DNA from: Bacillales bacterium UBA6380
GTDB lineage: Bacteria > Bacillota_I > Bacilli_A > RFN20 > CAG-826
Length of the DNA stretch: 64,000 nucleotides
Direction of reading: 5' to 3'
Assembly (NCBI GenBank): GCA_002438785.1
Contig: DJQS01000011.1
Coordinates: 94,888-158,887 of the forward strand
The notes under the pieces: generated by a model
What the model was told of the DNA's origin: nothing
Database searches by the model: none
Seen by the model: only the letters and a program-made list of their open reading frames with translations
Made by a program: the position numbers and the translations under genes
Part shown: positions 1-10,321 of the stretch, piece after piece
Layout: each line of letters starts with the position of its first letter
Numbering within the stretch: the first letter of the stretch is position 1

Positions 1-589
1 CGCCATCATCTGCAGCAACTACTAAAACTACGATATCAGTAACACTAGCACCACGCATTCTCATCGCACTAAATGCTTCATGTCCAGGAGTGTCAATAAA
101 TGTGATTTTTTTGCCTTTATATGTTTTTTGATAAGCACCAATCTCTTGAGAAATTCCACCATATTCTTCACTAGCTAAATTAGAATTTCTTATTGCATCA
201 ATTAAAGTAGTTTTACCATGGTCAACATGTCCCATAATGGTAACAACAGGTGGTCTTTCTTTTAAATCTTCTTGCTTGTCTTCGATATTTAATTTTTCAA
301 AATCTTCTTCATTAACAATCTCTTCTTTTTTAAAATCATATCCATATTCAAGACATAATTCTCCTATTGTATCATCATCAAGATATTGATTAATATTAAC
401 CATCTTTCCTTTTAAAAAAAGTTTCTTAATTATATCACCTGCACTAACATTTAATTGTTTAGCAAGTTCACCAACTGTAATAGACTTTGTAAATACGAAA
501 ACTCCACCATTTATTTTTGCATAATCTTTATTTTGTTTTCCTGAATTAGTTGATATATTACTAACTCTTTCATCATTTTTCTTTTTCAT
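1..589 (-). CDS. infB: translation initiation factor IF-2, N-terminal part (gene runs off the window start)
   Basis: Reverse translation from ATG 587-589 gives MKKKNDERV... G-domain motifs [10 protein letters not shown] and DTPGHEAF were read directly from the sequence. Lies downstream of nusA-ylxR as in Firmicutes. Confidence 0.95.
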   Translation of the reverse strand, partial: MKKKNDERVSNISTNSGKQNKDYAKINGGVFVFTKSITVGELAKQLNVSAGDIIKKLFLKGKMVNINQYLDDDTIGELCLEYGYDFKKEEIVNEEDFEKLNIEDKQEDLKERPPVVTIMGHVDHGKTTLIDAIRNSNLASEEYGGISQEIGAYQKTYKGKKITFIDTPGHEAFSAMRMRGASVTDIVVLVVAADDG

Positions 590-602
590 ATTTAACCCCC
601 CT

Positions 603-860
603 CTATACGTCTAAAAATTTATACATACGATCGTATATTTCATCAGGAACTTCTATTTCTAAAATTCGAGATAATACACGAGTTTTGCGAGCTTTTTCAA
701 TAGAATCAGGATCTTTATGAATGTAAGCTCCTCTTCCGTTAAGCTTGCCAGTAATATCTAAAATTACTTGATTATCTTTTGTTTTAACTACACGAAAAAG
801 TTCCTTTTTAGGAAAACTTTGGTTAGAAACTAAGCATTTTCTCATTGGAACTTTTTTCAT
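603..860 (-). CDS. ylxR: YlxR/DUF448-family RNA-binding protein
   Basis: 85-aa ORF with MRKCLVS...GRGAYI, typical of YlxR. Conserved position between nusA and infB. Confidence 0.85.
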   Translation of the reverse strand: MKKVPMRKCLVSNQSFPKKELFRVVKTKDNQVILDITGKLNGRGAYIHKDPDSIEKARKTRVLSRILEIEVPDEIYDRMYKFLDV

Positions 861-870
861 AATTTACTCC

Positions 871-2670
871 TTATTTATCCTCGTAGAATGAATCACTATC
901 ATATTCAGAATAATCATCTTCATCATCATAGTCATCTTCAAAATCATCATCTAAATCAGCGAGTTCTTCATCAGTATAAACTGCCATTTTTTGAATTTCT
1001 TTCTTATTATTATCATCAGAATTTCTATCTTCTTTAGAATGATTTTTCTTCTTTTTGTTTCTATTCATCTCTTTTTCTTTTTGCTTTTCTTTTTCTTCTT
1101 CTAAAGATTTTTCTAATGATTCAAGAGTTGTTGTAGTTTTTACTTCAGTTTGTTCATAAACAGGTTCTTTTTTAATAGGTTTAGTTTCGACAACTGGAGT
1201 CTCATTACTAATTTTAACTTCTTCAACTGGTTTAATAGTGTTCTTAGAAGCAACATTATCTTCTAAGGATTCTTCATCCTTATTAATTGTTTCAACTTCT
1301 TTTGCAGTTTCTTCACTAGTACTATTAATCATTTCATCGTCAATTAATTCATCTTCATAATCATCTTTATCAACAAATGAAACTTCATTAGTATTAACTT
1401 GAGATTTCTTTGATAAAGCTTCTTGATGCTGCTTAAGTGATTCTTCACGATATTTTCTTTTTTCTTCTTGACGTGCCTCAATTGTAAATTCTTCAATTGT
1501 TTTATAATTTAAATTTTCTTCACGAGCTGTAGTTTCATCAATAATTCGTAATGTATTTAAACCACAAAGTTGTTTAGCTAAATTAACATTTGAACCTCTT
1601 AAGCCAATAGCAGCTTGATTAGTACCATCTTGAGTTACAACAATAGCTTCTTTATTTTGAAGATCAATTTTAGCACCAAGCATGACACCAGGTTTTAAGC
1701 ATTCTTCTAAGTATAATCCAAGATTAGGTTTATAGGTAATAACATCAATTTTTTCTCTAGATCCTTCTTTACTATTTCCTAATTGAGAAACTATAGCTTG
1801 AATACGATTTCCGTTTGCACCAATGCAAGCACCACTAGCATCAACATTAGGATCATTACTATAAACACTAACTTTACTACGTACACCAGGAATTCGCGCA
1901 ATACCTTTTATAATAACAGTATGATCATAAATTTCGTGAATTTCATTTTCAAATAATTTTGCTAAAAATTCTGGACAACTTCTTGATATGTTGATTAAAT
2001 TGCCACCTTTTTTATCATCTTTGCCAATACCTTTAATATAAACTTTTATAGTATCACCAGCTTTAAAAGTTTCATTTCCAATTAAATCTTTTGAATATAA
2101 AGTAGCTGTTGTTCTACCTAAATTGACAATTACACTATGTTTATCAGCTTTTTCAACAACGCCAGAAACAATTTCACCAATTCTTCCATTATAAGTTTCA
2201 AGTAAAGCATCTTTTTCTGCTTTTGAAATTTTCTGTAAGAAACTAGCTTTAAATCTATTTACATCAGAGATTGTAAAGTCATTAAAATCTACTGGAGTTT
2301 CGTAATAATCACCAAGTTTTAAATTAGGATCTATTTGTTGAGCTTCGCTAAGTCCAATTTCAATAAAATCATCTTGGATGTCATCATCGTTTACAACTCT
2401 TTTTTGATGATAAATATCAATAGTTCCTAATTTTAAATCTACTTCACATCTAACTAAAGCATCATTAAGTTTAATTTTATTTAAGCCTTTATTACCTTTA
2501 GTCTTATTAAAAATGCGATCTTCATCTTCTAATTTTTTTGTAATAGCTACTTGAAATGATTCCTTAATAATATTAACAATAGCATCTGTGGAAATTCCTT
2601 TTTCATTTCCCATATCTTCAAGAGCTTTTAAAAATGCTTTCTTATTAAATTCTTGTTTCTTATTTTTCAT
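871..2670 (-). CDS. nusA: transcription termination/antitermination factor NusA with a long acidic C-terminal extension
   Basis: NusA N-terminal, S1 and KH regions are recognisable (GEIVSGVV..., IGANGNRIQAIV, GLRGSNVNLA). Start moved to MKNKKQEF (ATG 2668-2670), which follows AGGAGA. The track start is an upstream in-frame extension. Confidence 0.93.
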   Translation of the reverse strand: MKNKKQEFNKKAFLKALEDMGNEKGISTDAIVNIIKESFQVAITKKLEDEDRIFNKTKGNKGLNKIKLNDALVRCEVDLKLGTIDIYHQKRVVNDDDIQDDFIEIGLSEAQQIDPNLKLGDYYETPVDFNDFTISDVNRFKASFLQKISKAEKDALLETYNGRIGEIVSGVVEKADKHSVIVNLGRTTATLYSKDLIGNETFKAGDTIKVYIKGIGKDDKKGGNLINISRSCPEFLAKLFENEIHEIYDHTVIIKGIARIPGVRSKVSVYSNDPNVDASGACIGANGNRIQAIVSQLGNSKEGSREKIDVITYKPNLGLYLEECLKPGVMLGAKIDLQNKEAIVVTQDGTNQAAIGLRGSNVNLAKQLCGLNTLRIIDETTAREENLNYKTIEEFTIEARQEEKRKYREESLKQHQEALSKKSQVNTNEVSFVDKDDYEDELIDDEMINSTSEETAKEVETINKDEESLEDNVASKNTIKPVEEVKISNETPVVETKPIKKEPVYEQTEVKTTTTLESLEKSLEEEKEKQKEKEMNRNKKKKNHSKEDRNSDDNNKKEIQKMAVYTDEELADLDDDFEDDYDDEDDYSEYDSDSFYEDK

Positions 2671-2678
2671 AATTTCTC

Positions 2679-3140
2679 CTAAAATTTTATTGATAATCGA
2701 CATTCATCAATATTATTTTTATTAATTTCTATTCTTTTTCTCCTAGTTTTTATTTTTATTTCAATAACGATTTTATCGTCATTTACTGAAATTAAGTCTC
2801 CCTCATAACAATTTTCACCATTGATAGGATTAATTAGATGGAAATAAATATATTTATTTATATATTTATTAATATTATTTAAATTAATTGGTTTTTCTGC
2901 TCCTAAACTGCTTACATCAAGAGTATAATTATTATTTGTAAAATCATGATTATCAAGATATTCAGAAATTTTATTACTTACACTTACAATATCATCCATC
3001 GAAATCGGACCAACACTATCAATAATTATTTCAAGTGTCATTCCTCCACCTTTTTTCTTAAAATTAAAGGTGTATAAATCATAATTTAACTCGTTTAATA
3101 ATTTTTCAATACCGCTTCTAACAGTTTGAATTTCTTCCAT
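2679..3140 (-). CDS. rimP: ribosome maturation factor RimP
   Basis: 153-aa ORF directly upstream of nusA. Size and position fit RimP. GGAGG at 3147-3151. Confidence 0.8.
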   Translation of the reverse strand: MEEIQTVRSGIEKLLNELNYDLYTFNFKKKGGGMTLEIIIDSVGPISMDDIVSVSNKISEYLDNHDFTNNNYTLDVSSLGAEKPINLNNINKYINKYIYFHLINPINGENCYEGDLISVNDDKIVIEIKIKTRRKRIEINKNNIDECRLSIKF

Positions 3141-3152
3141 TAATTACCTCCT

Positions 3153-3182
3153 ATAAAAAATAAAGAATGCCAATCGGCACTC
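3153..3182 (-). terminator. hairpin plus U-tract in the rimP-nusA leader (candidate attenuator/intrinsic terminator)
   Basis: Minus-strand RNA reads GAGUGCC-GAUU-GGCAUUC, a 7-bp stem with one G-U pair. It is followed by UUUAUUUUUUAU, immediately 5' of the rimP RBS. Confidence 0.5.
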
Positions 3183-3209
3183 TCTCGAGTTGACTTAAAC
3201 GTCTATATT

Positions 3210-3238
3210 ATTCTAACAATTACTAGAGAATAGTTCAA
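3210..3238 (-). promoter_or_regulatory. candidate sigma-A promoter of the rimP-nusA-ylxR-infB operon
   Basis: Minus strand reads TTGAAC (3233-3238), a 17-nt spacer, then TAGAAT (3210-3215). Confidence 0.45.
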
Positions 3239-3251
3239 CATATTTATTAAC

Positions 3252-3758
3252 CTATTTAATAATATTAAGTTGGTAGGAAGGAACTTCTATTTCTATAATA
3301 TTATTAAATGTATTTAATAAATAAACACTTAAAGGTTCGATTTCTTTTGTCATCTTTATAATAACATCTTCTGGAACCCACTTTTCCTTAATTCTTTTTT
3401 TATTATTATTAAAATTAAAATTTAAATCTGTTGATTTAAAAATTATTAATTTATAATAATCAAATTTTTTAAGCTTTTTAATAAAATACTCTTTTTTATA
3501 ATTATCTAAAAAAGTGGAATCCATAATTATCGTTAAATCTTTATCTTTATACTTATCATATAAATTATTAGCTATATCAATCATATGATCATAAATTTCA
3601 TACATATTCTTTGGAAATATTAAATATGATCCAAACATCTTTCTTCTAGTTTCATCACTATCAATTCTTATTGGATTTTTATATTCTTTAATATGCTCTC
3701 TTAAATACGTAGATTTACCACTTCCTGGTAAACCACTAATCATTACTAATTCCTTCAT
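3252..3758 (-). CDS. small P-loop ATPase/kinase (AAA_33-like)
   Basis: Walker A motif GLPGSGKST near the N-terminus in a ~170-aa ORF. ATG 3756-3758 preferred over the track's TTG start. Function not assignable. Confidence 0.6.
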   Translation of the reverse strand: MKELVMISGLPGSGKSTYLREHIKEYKNPIRIDSDETRRKMFGSYLIFPKNMYEIYDHMIDIANNLYDKYKDKDLTIIMDSTFLDNYKKEYFIKKLKKFDYYKLIIFKSTDLNFNFNNNKKRIKEKWVPEDVIIKMTKEIEPLSVYLLNTFNNIIEIEVPSYQLNIIK

Positions 3759-3760
3759 TA

Positions 3761-4669
3761 TTAACAAAGTTTCTTTCTTAAGAAGCTAGATAAAATATCT
3801 ATTAATACTATCATTATAATGATGCCATAAATCATGCTAGCTTCTTGTGACCACGAATTAAAAGCACTATAAACCCATAAAGAATAACCTATACCACCAG
3901 CTCCAACAACACCTAATAAACTAGCAGTTCTAACATTTAAATCAAATCTATATAGAATTACTGATAAAAAATTAGGAGCAACTTGAGGAATTATACCATT
4001 TTTAATTCTAACTAAAGTATTAGCTCCACAAGCATCAAGAGCTTCAAGAGGAGCATTATCAATGACATCAAGTTGTTCTGCAAACATTTTTCCAATCATT
4101 CCAACACTATGAATTGATAAAACAACAACACCAGTAAAGGCACCAAAACCAACAACCTTAATAATAATCAATCCAAACAATAATTCAGGAAATGTTCTAA
4201 TAATAATCAAGACTAATTCACTAAAAAATGCCCATCTACCAACTATTTTTCTACTCGCTAGAAATCCAAAAGGTAAAGAAATTAATGAACTTATACTTGT
4301 TCCTACAAAAGCAATTGCCAAAGTTTCAATTATCTGATAAATTGTCGATTCATTAAACTTATAATTACCATAGCCAAAAAATAAAGACCAATCTGGATTA
4401 ACTAAGCCTTTAAATAACATTTTTATATTTGTTGAACTACTAGTAATATTCCCCATAAAATCTACTTCAATACAAGAATAAATTAATAAAGCTATAATAA
4501 CTAAAACTAAAATAATCGTATAAATCCAATATAGTGGACGATGAGTATAAGCATCTTTAGGGTCATCAAAAGTTTTTTTAGTTTTAAAAGTTAAAATATT
4601 CCAAAAATTATTTAATGGATTAATTATATATTTTCTAAAAAAATCATCTATAGCGATAATAAATTTCAT
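3761..4669 (-). CDS. phnE: phosphonate-type ABC transporter permease (PhnE-like)
   Basis: Polytopic membrane ORF in a phnD-phnC-phnE-phnE arrangement. Confidence 0.75.
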   Translation of the reverse strand: MKFIIAIDDFFRKYIINPLNNFWNILTFKTKKTFDDPKDAYTHRPLYWIYTIILVLVIIALLIYSCIEVDFMGNITSSSTNIKMLFKGLVNPDWSLFFGYGNYKFNESTIYQIIETLAIAFVGTSISSLISLPFGFLASRKIVGRWAFFSELVLIIIRTFPELLFGLIIIKVVGFGAFTGVVVLSIHSVGMIGKMFAEQLDVIDNAPLEALDACGANTLVRIKNGIIPQVAPNFLSVILYRFDLNVRTASLLGVVGAGGIGYSLWVYSAFNSWSQEASMIYGIIIMIVLIDILSSFLRKKLC

Positions 4670-4671
4670 AA

Positions 4672-5586
4672 TTAAGAAACCTTTCTTCTTAAAATACTTG
4701 AAATAATTTGTAATACAAACACTAAAATAAATAGTGGGATCAAAATAGCTCCAACTCGATCATATTGTCTAGCTTCCATAGCAGTTTTTAATAATTGTCC
4801 AATACCACCAGCATTAGCCCATGCTAAAATTACGCTAGCCCTAACATTAATTTCGAAAGTATAAATAAAATTAGAAATAAGCATTGGCATAGTGCTAGGT
4901 AATAAACTTACCTTAAAAGCCTCTAATCTATTAGCACCAGTTGATAAACTAGCTTCAAAAGGATTCATATCTAGAGTATCAATATATTCAAACATAAGTT
5001 TAAACATTATACCCATCGTAAAAATGATTATAGCTATAATTCCAGCAGTTGCTCCAATTCCAAAAAAAGCAACAGACATTAAAGCTAAAACATATGTTGG
5101 AATACTTCTAATTATATCCATAATAACTCTAACAGGCATATAAATATAAATATGTTTAGTAACATTTTTACTCGCTAAAATAAATAATGGTATAGCAATT
5201 AAAGTACCAATTAATGTACCGATAAAAACCATTTCTACAGTTTGCCCTATTGCAGGTATAGCATCATTAAATAAATAACTCCAATATCTAGGCCATGTCT
5301 TTAATGAAAGTTTATTAGGCACAAACATTTGTCTAAAAATAACACCAAATTGATCTAAAGCAACTCTATTAGGTAGTTCTATAAAAATAAAGCTTATAAA
5401 GAATAAGCAAATTATAAAAGCTAAAATAAGAAAAAATTTACTTCTCTTTTTTTCAATAAATTTAGTAACATTATTATTTTCATCAACACTTACGATAACT
5501 TTTTTATATAAACAATTATGAATAAATTCTTTTAATTTTGATGAAAAAACCTTCAGAAACTTATTATTTTTCATCGTTTTCAACAT
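4672..5586 (-). CDS. phnE: phosphonate-type ABC transporter permease (PhnE-like), second copy
   Basis: Paralogue of the downstream permease. Alternative start at MKNNK (5572-5574). Overlaps the phnC stop. Confidence 0.75.
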   Translation of the reverse strand: MLKTMKNNKFLKVFSSKLKEFIHNCLYKKVIVSVDENNNVTKFIEKKRSKFFLILAFIICLFFISFIFIELPNRVALDQFGVIFRQMFVPNKLSLKTWPRYWSYLFNDAIPAIGQTVEMVFIGTLIGTLIAIPLFILASKNVTKHIYIYMPVRVIMDIIRSIPTYVLALMSVAFFGIGATAGIIAIIIFTMGIMFKLMFEYIDTLDMNPFEASLSTGANRLEAFKVSLLPSTMPMLISNFIYTFEINVRASVILAWANAGGIGQLLKTAMEARQYDRVGAILIPLFILVFVLQIISSILRRKVS

Positions 5587-6346
5587 CCCCTAATTTTTCA
5601 TTATGTTTTAAAGCACGTCCATAAATATTAAGTAAAGCTTCATCTGTTACCTCAGTTGGCAAACCATCAAAAACTATCTTACCTTGTTTAATGCCAATAA
5701 TTCTAGTTGCATATTTAATAGCTAAATCAACATGGTGCATATTAGCCACTATTGTGATTTTATAATCTTTATTAATTCGTTTAAAATCATCCATAACACT
5801 TAATGTAGTTACAGGATCAAGACTTGCAACAGGTTCATCAGCCAAAATTATTGAAGGTTCTTGCGTTAAAGCTCTAGCTAAAGCAACACGTTGTTGCTGA
5901 CCACCACTTAATTCATCAGCTCTAACAAACGCTTTATCTAAAATCCCTAAATTATCTAAAGACTGTAACGCAAGCATCTTCTCTTTTTTACTATAAATAT
6001 TAAATAAATTACAAAATGTATTATGGTAACCAACTCTACCACTTAATACATTTTTATAAACACTACTTCTTTTAACTAAATTAAACGATTGGAATATCAT
6101 TCCAATATTTTTTCTTAAGGTACGTAATTTCTTACCTTTTACTTTACTAATATCAACGCCATTTACGAAAAGTTGACCATGTTGAATATCATGCATTTTA
6201 TTAATTGTACGAATTAAAGTAGATTTTCCTGCACCAGAAAGTCCAATAATGCATACAAAATCACCATCATTAATTTTTAAATTAACATCAGACAATGCTT
6301 TATATCCATTAGGATATATTTTATCAACATGATCAAACTCAATCAT
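5564..6346 (-). CDS. phnC: phosphonate-type ABC transporter ATP-binding protein
   Basis: Walker [10 protein letters not shown], signature LSGGQQQRV, Walker B ILADEP. Size is PhnC-like. Confidence 0.85.
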   Translation of the reverse strand: MIEFDHVDKIYPNGYKALSDVNLKINDGDFVCIIGLSGAGKSTLIRTINKMHDIQHGQLFVNGVDISKVKGKKLRTLRKNIGMIFQSFNLVKRSSVYKNVLSGRVGYHNTFCNLFNIYSKKEKMLALQSLDNLGILDKAFVRADELSGGQQQRVALARALTQEPSIILADEPVASLDPVTTLSVMDDFKRINKDYKITIVANMHHVDLAIKYATRIIGIKQGKIVFDGLPTEVTDEALLNIYGRALKHNEKLGDVENDEK

Positions 6347-6370
6347 AAATTTTCCTTTTAATTTTTATTT

Positions 6371-7477
6371 TTATTTAATTAAATTGTTATCAACACAATA
6401 TTGATAGAATTCTCTTTCACCATCAAAATCGCTATCTTTAGCTTCAGTATATCCAGTATGTGAATAAACCTTATAAAGAATTTCAGATGGTGACATATCT
6501 TGACCTTCAATTTTATCAGTCATTTTAATTGCTTCTTTAAATGCTTTCTTAACTGCCTCTTTTTTAGCATCTTCTAAATTACTTCTTGCTGAAATTGTGT
6601 CATTATAAATTCCATCAGTAATAGCAATGACCTTAGTTTTAGTGAAAGCTTCTTCTTTATTAAAGTATGGATTGTCTTTTTTGATATAACCTTGTGCATA
6701 TCTAACATCGGTAAATCCCCAGAAGCCAGCAATAGTACCATCTTGTGTATTATTAAATGCAGCACCATAATCTGTTTGCTCGACACCAATAATCATAGTC
6801 TTTTTTTCTTCTTCAGTTGCTTTATCATATTTTGTTTGATCAACCATACTCATACCATAATCATTAAGATATTTTAAAGGTCTAAGATAACCAGCACCAC
6901 TAGTAGCACCCATTCTACCAATCTTTAAGCCAGCTAAGTCTTTAACATCAATCGTACCATCATTATTAGTATCTTTATAATATTCATTACGAACTGATAA
7001 TTGTGAAGTATACCAGTTTACATCTACATCGGATTGTTGACCTAAATACTTATAGCCATCAATTTCGCCATTCATTGCTTGCATTTGTTTTGTAACATCA
7101 TCTTTATAATCTTCAACTTGAACTTTATAACCTTTTCTAACTGATGTTAATAAAACTTCAATCTCACCTGGATCTTGTAAAGTAGCTTGAGCATAACCTG
7201 AAGCAGTTAAAAACCCAATATCTAATTGATTACTTAATAAACCTTCAGTTGTAGCATTATAAGAAGTACCGACACTAATTTCATAAGTGTATTCAGGGGT
7301 AATTTCATGTAAGACTGGTTCGAGTCTTTTTGCTAAAGCACCTAAAGTATCTGGATCATTTGATGGAACAAATTGAATTTTAATAACACTAGAATCATCT
7401 TTATTCCCACAACTAGTAGTTGTAGCAACCATCATTAATGCAGCTAAACTAGCACATAAACATAAACTTTTTCTCAT
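6371..7477 (-). CDS. phnD: PhnD-family substrate-binding lipoprotein
   Basis: Signal peptide with lipobox (VATTTSC|G). IKIQFVPSNDP and GFLTASGY are typical of the phosphate/phosphite/phosphonate binding-protein family. Confidence 0.75.
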   Translation of the reverse strand: MRKSLCLCASLAALMMVATTTSCGNKDDSSVIKIQFVPSNDPDTLGALAKRLEPVLHEITPEYTYEISVGTSYNATTEGLLSNQLDIGFLTASGYAQATLQDPGEIEVLLTSVRKGYKVQVEDYKDDVTKQMQAMNGEIDGYKYLGQQSDVDVNWYTSQLSVRNEYYKDTNNDGTIDVKDLAGLKIGRMGATSGAGYLRPLKYLNDYGMSMVDQTKYDKATEEEKKTMIIGVEQTDYGAAFNNTQDGTIAGFWGFTDVRYAQGYIKKDNPYFNKEEAFTKTKVIAITDGIYNDTISARSNLEDAKKEAVKKAFKEAIKMTDKIEGQDMSPSEILYKVYSHTGYTEAKDSDFDGEREFYQYCVDNNLIK

Positions 7478-7542
7478 TTTTTCTCTCCCTATGAATTTTT
7501 TAATTATATAAAGGATTCAAATAAACCTTTATAGAAAAGAAA

Positions 7543-7562
7543 AAAGGGGATACAACCCCTTT
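7543..7562 (-). terminator. intrinsic terminator downstream of the 859-aa gene
   Basis: AAAGGGG-ATACAA-CCCCTTT hairpin. On the minus strand it is followed by a TTTTTTCTTTTCT run. Confidence 0.7.
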
Positions 7563-7740
7563 AATAAACTATTAAACTTAATGAATAATTTTTAACATTT
7601 CTTTTCACGTCAATATTGTTTTATAAATGAAAAGCAAAGTAAACATTTTTTTAAATGAAAGCGGTTTCAAAAAATTGCAAATTGAAATTTATATATTACT
7701 TTATAATTTAAAAATATTGATACAATCTAATAAATTAACG

Positions 7741-10320
7741 TTAAATATTATACGTCAAATAAAAAATATAATTTTTGTAAATTTTTTGATGGCAAACTAA
7801 TTTATATTTATTTAAGTTTAAGTCAAATTCAAACTTAGCAACAACTGTTTTTGTAACACGATCAATCATTTTTATTCGTTTTAATACTTCATTTTCGTTA
7901 TATTCTCCATTGTATTTATAATTATCTTTAGCATAATTAATAATTGCTTCTTCTAATGTTTCATTTTCTTTACCTTCAATATTATTAAGATCATTTCTTT
8001 CCATATTGAGTCCTAGAAAATATTTCTTTTTAAAAATTAAAGTATTATTAATTATGTTTTCATCATGATTAACAAAATTATCTTGATAAGTATTTAAATT
8101 AGAATCAAACAATTTACAAAATAAGTTTGCATGACGATAAAAATAAATGCTAAAACTATCATTTTCATTATAAATTAATAAAATATCATATAATCCTTTA
8201 GCATCATCACTATTTAGTTTAAATAAGGAATGAATATCTCCATTATCAGTTTTGAAATTAACTAAACTAATATAATCCTTTGCTGAAACAAATAAATCAT
8301 CTACATCATAACTATAAACAGTTCCTGATATAGTCGGATTTATAATAACACTAGAATATTCTTGATTATCGATAGATAAAGTGAAATTGCTATTAAAAAC
8401 ATCACTAAATAAAATCATAAAATAATTAGTTTTACTATTCATAAAATTGACATTTTTAGCTAAATAAATATATGGATTTTTTTCATTTAAATCATAATTA
8501 GAATAGGCATAATTATTATTAACTAAGTTACGTCCATATATCGGTTTTTCAAATCTATAAAAGCCATGGCTAGTATCGCTATTATCTTTAATAAATTCAT
8601 TCATCTTATCAATTGAATTATAAGTTAATTCACCATTATTTTCTTTTAAATCGATATTATTAATAATCTTTGGATCGCCTATTTTTTCAAATCCAAAAAC
8701 AACTGGTGAATTATTAATTTGTGGAAAATTAGAAATTAAATCTCTTGAATCAATAAGTTTTATTTTTTTGCCTTTTAAAGATGGATAACCATTTTCACCA
8801 ATTGCCTCATCTATTATTAATTCATAAAAATCATCATAAATTATAGAAGCATTTTCTCTAGTAAAATTAGCTTCAAATAAATATAAATTATAAAGCCCAT
8901 CACCAAATTCAGCTATTAAACTATTATTTATATATTCAGTATCTAATTGATAAATTTGGTACCAATTGCCTGTCCAACTAGATATTCCCTCTCCATAAGC
9001 TAATTCAACACTTAAACTTTTATATAAATTATCTTTATTTAATTTTAAATAATTGTAATTATAATATCTTACATATTTATTTGGACTATTAGTATTATTA
9101 AAATTACCTGAACCACCATTAATTCTTTCACTTGATGGCATAAAATACTTATAAACATTTCTTTTATTAGAGTCATTAAAGCTTTGAACTAATTTAAAGC
9201 AATCTCCCCCACCACTTTCATAACTACTAGCATTATATGTTTTACCATTAGAAAATAATGGGAATAACCTAATTACACCATTTTCATCAGCATATTTCTC
9301 TAAATCTTCAAAAACATCAAAATAATGTGAAATTTCTTTAGCACTATAAGCTTCAGCAATCGGCTGTTTACTTGAATACGTATCCCAATCATTTGGTAAA
9401 TAACTATAAGGAAAGCTATAACTTCCATCATTATTCTTACTTACATATGTCCAGTTAGTAAATGTAAAGTTAAACCATAATTTATGATCGCCCATTGATG
9501 TAAAAACACTTTGAATAGCTTTAGATAATAAATCAATTGACATTGTATTAGTAACTACTAATTTAATTGGGATATATCTTCCTGTATTTGAGGTATTAGC
9601 TTCATCATAACTAATTAAACTAGTCGTATTATTATTTATATAAGTTTCTCCATAATAATAAGATTCTTCCCAAGCTCCAAAACGATCATTGCTAAATAAA
9701 TCGTGACCATTATATCGCTCATTAGTAGTTTCACTTATTGAACCACTAGTACTACTATTAAAAGTCAATGGATCATTAGGAAGGCCATAGTCTCTATTAT
9801 ATTTGTTATATGAATAATAATAGATATCGTTTGAATTGCCACTCGCAGTTCCTCCAATTTCAAATTTATCATTATATAAAAAATATTTATTTATAAATGA
9901 TTTGTATGCACCATCATAAGAGGCATTATTATCATATTTTCCATTATTTTCACTAAGCTTATAAAGAGCCTTACCTTCATCATTTAATAAAACATTACCA
10001 TTTTCATTTGTTAAAACTTCTTTATATCCAAATTCTTCTTCTGGTAAATGATGAGTTCCGTATGTATTAGTTTCATCGACTAAATATCGACCATATAAAA
10101 ACATATAAGCGGTACTAGGAAAGAAATAAATTGTATACGTTTTTTCTTCTTCATCTTTCCCAAATCGATAATTTTCTTTTATATCATCTATTTTAAAATT
10201 ACTTTCAATTTCATTACTTATCTCCTTTTGTTCATTAAAATACCATGCTGAAATACCAAAAGAAGTAACTCCAATTGTTAATGTTGATAAAATAAGTAAT
10301 AATTTATTAAATATTTTCAT
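7741..10320 (-). CDS. large secreted N/Y-rich protein with a SipW-type leader (locus 1, protein P3)
   Basis: 859-aa ORF. N-terminus MKIFNKLLLILSTLTIGVTSFGISAWYF. The start follows the upstream stop within TAAAATG. I recognise no known domain. Confidence 0.8.
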   Translation of the reverse strand: MKIFNKLLLILSTLTIGVTSFGISAWYFNEQKEISNEIESNFKIDDIKENYRFGKDEEEKTYTIYFFPSTAYMFLYGRYLVDETNTYGTHHLPEEEFGYKEVLTNENGNVLLNDEGKALYKLSENNGKYDNNASYDGAYKSFINKYFLYNDKFEIGGTASGNSNDIYYYSYNKYNRDYGLPNDPLTFNSSTSGSISETTNERYNGHDLFSNDRFGAWEESYYYGETYINNNTTSLISYDEANTSNTGRYIPIKLVVTNTMSIDLLSKAIQSVFTSMGDHKLWFNFTFTNWTYVSKNNDGSYSFPYSYLPNDWDTYSSKQPIAEAYSAKEISHYFDVFEDLEKYADENGVIRLFPLFSNGKTYNASSYESGGGDCFKLVQSFNDSNKRNVYKYFMPSSERINGGSGNFNNTNSPNKYVRYYNYNYLKLNKDNLYKSLSVELAYGEGISSWTGNWYQIYQLDTEYINNSLIAEFGDGLYNLYLFEANFTRENASIIYDDFYELIIDEAIGENGYPSLKGKKIKLIDSRDLISNFPQINNSPVVFGFEKIGDPKIINNIDLKENNGELTYNSIDKMNEFIKDNSDTSHGFYRFEKPIYGRNLVNNNYAYSNYDLNEKNPYIYLAKNVNFMNSKTNYFMILFSDVFNSNFTLSIDNQEYSSVIINPTISGTVYSYDVDDLFVSAKDYISLVNFKTDNGDIHSLFKLNSDDAKGLYDILLIYNENDSFSIYFYRHANLFCKLFDSNLNTYQDNFVNHDENIINNTLIFKKKYFLGLNMERNDLNNIEGKENETLEEAIINYAKDNYKYNGEYNENEVLKRIKMIDRVTKTVVAKFEFDLNLNKYKLVCHQKIYKNYIFYLTYNI

Positions 10321-10321
10321 T

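Noticed and set aside
4892-6877. ORFs 4892-5143 (+), 6574-6789 (-) and 6692-6877 (+)
   Set aside because: They are embedded in the phnE and phnD-like genes, either on the opposite strand or in another frame. The host genes have clear family signatures.
7563-7740. 178-nt gap between the 859-aa gene and its terminator, checked for a small gene or RNA
   Set aside because: It holds only trivial ORFs of at most 13 codons without an RBS. No convincing secondary structure or conserved-looking motif is visible. I treat it as a 3' UTR.
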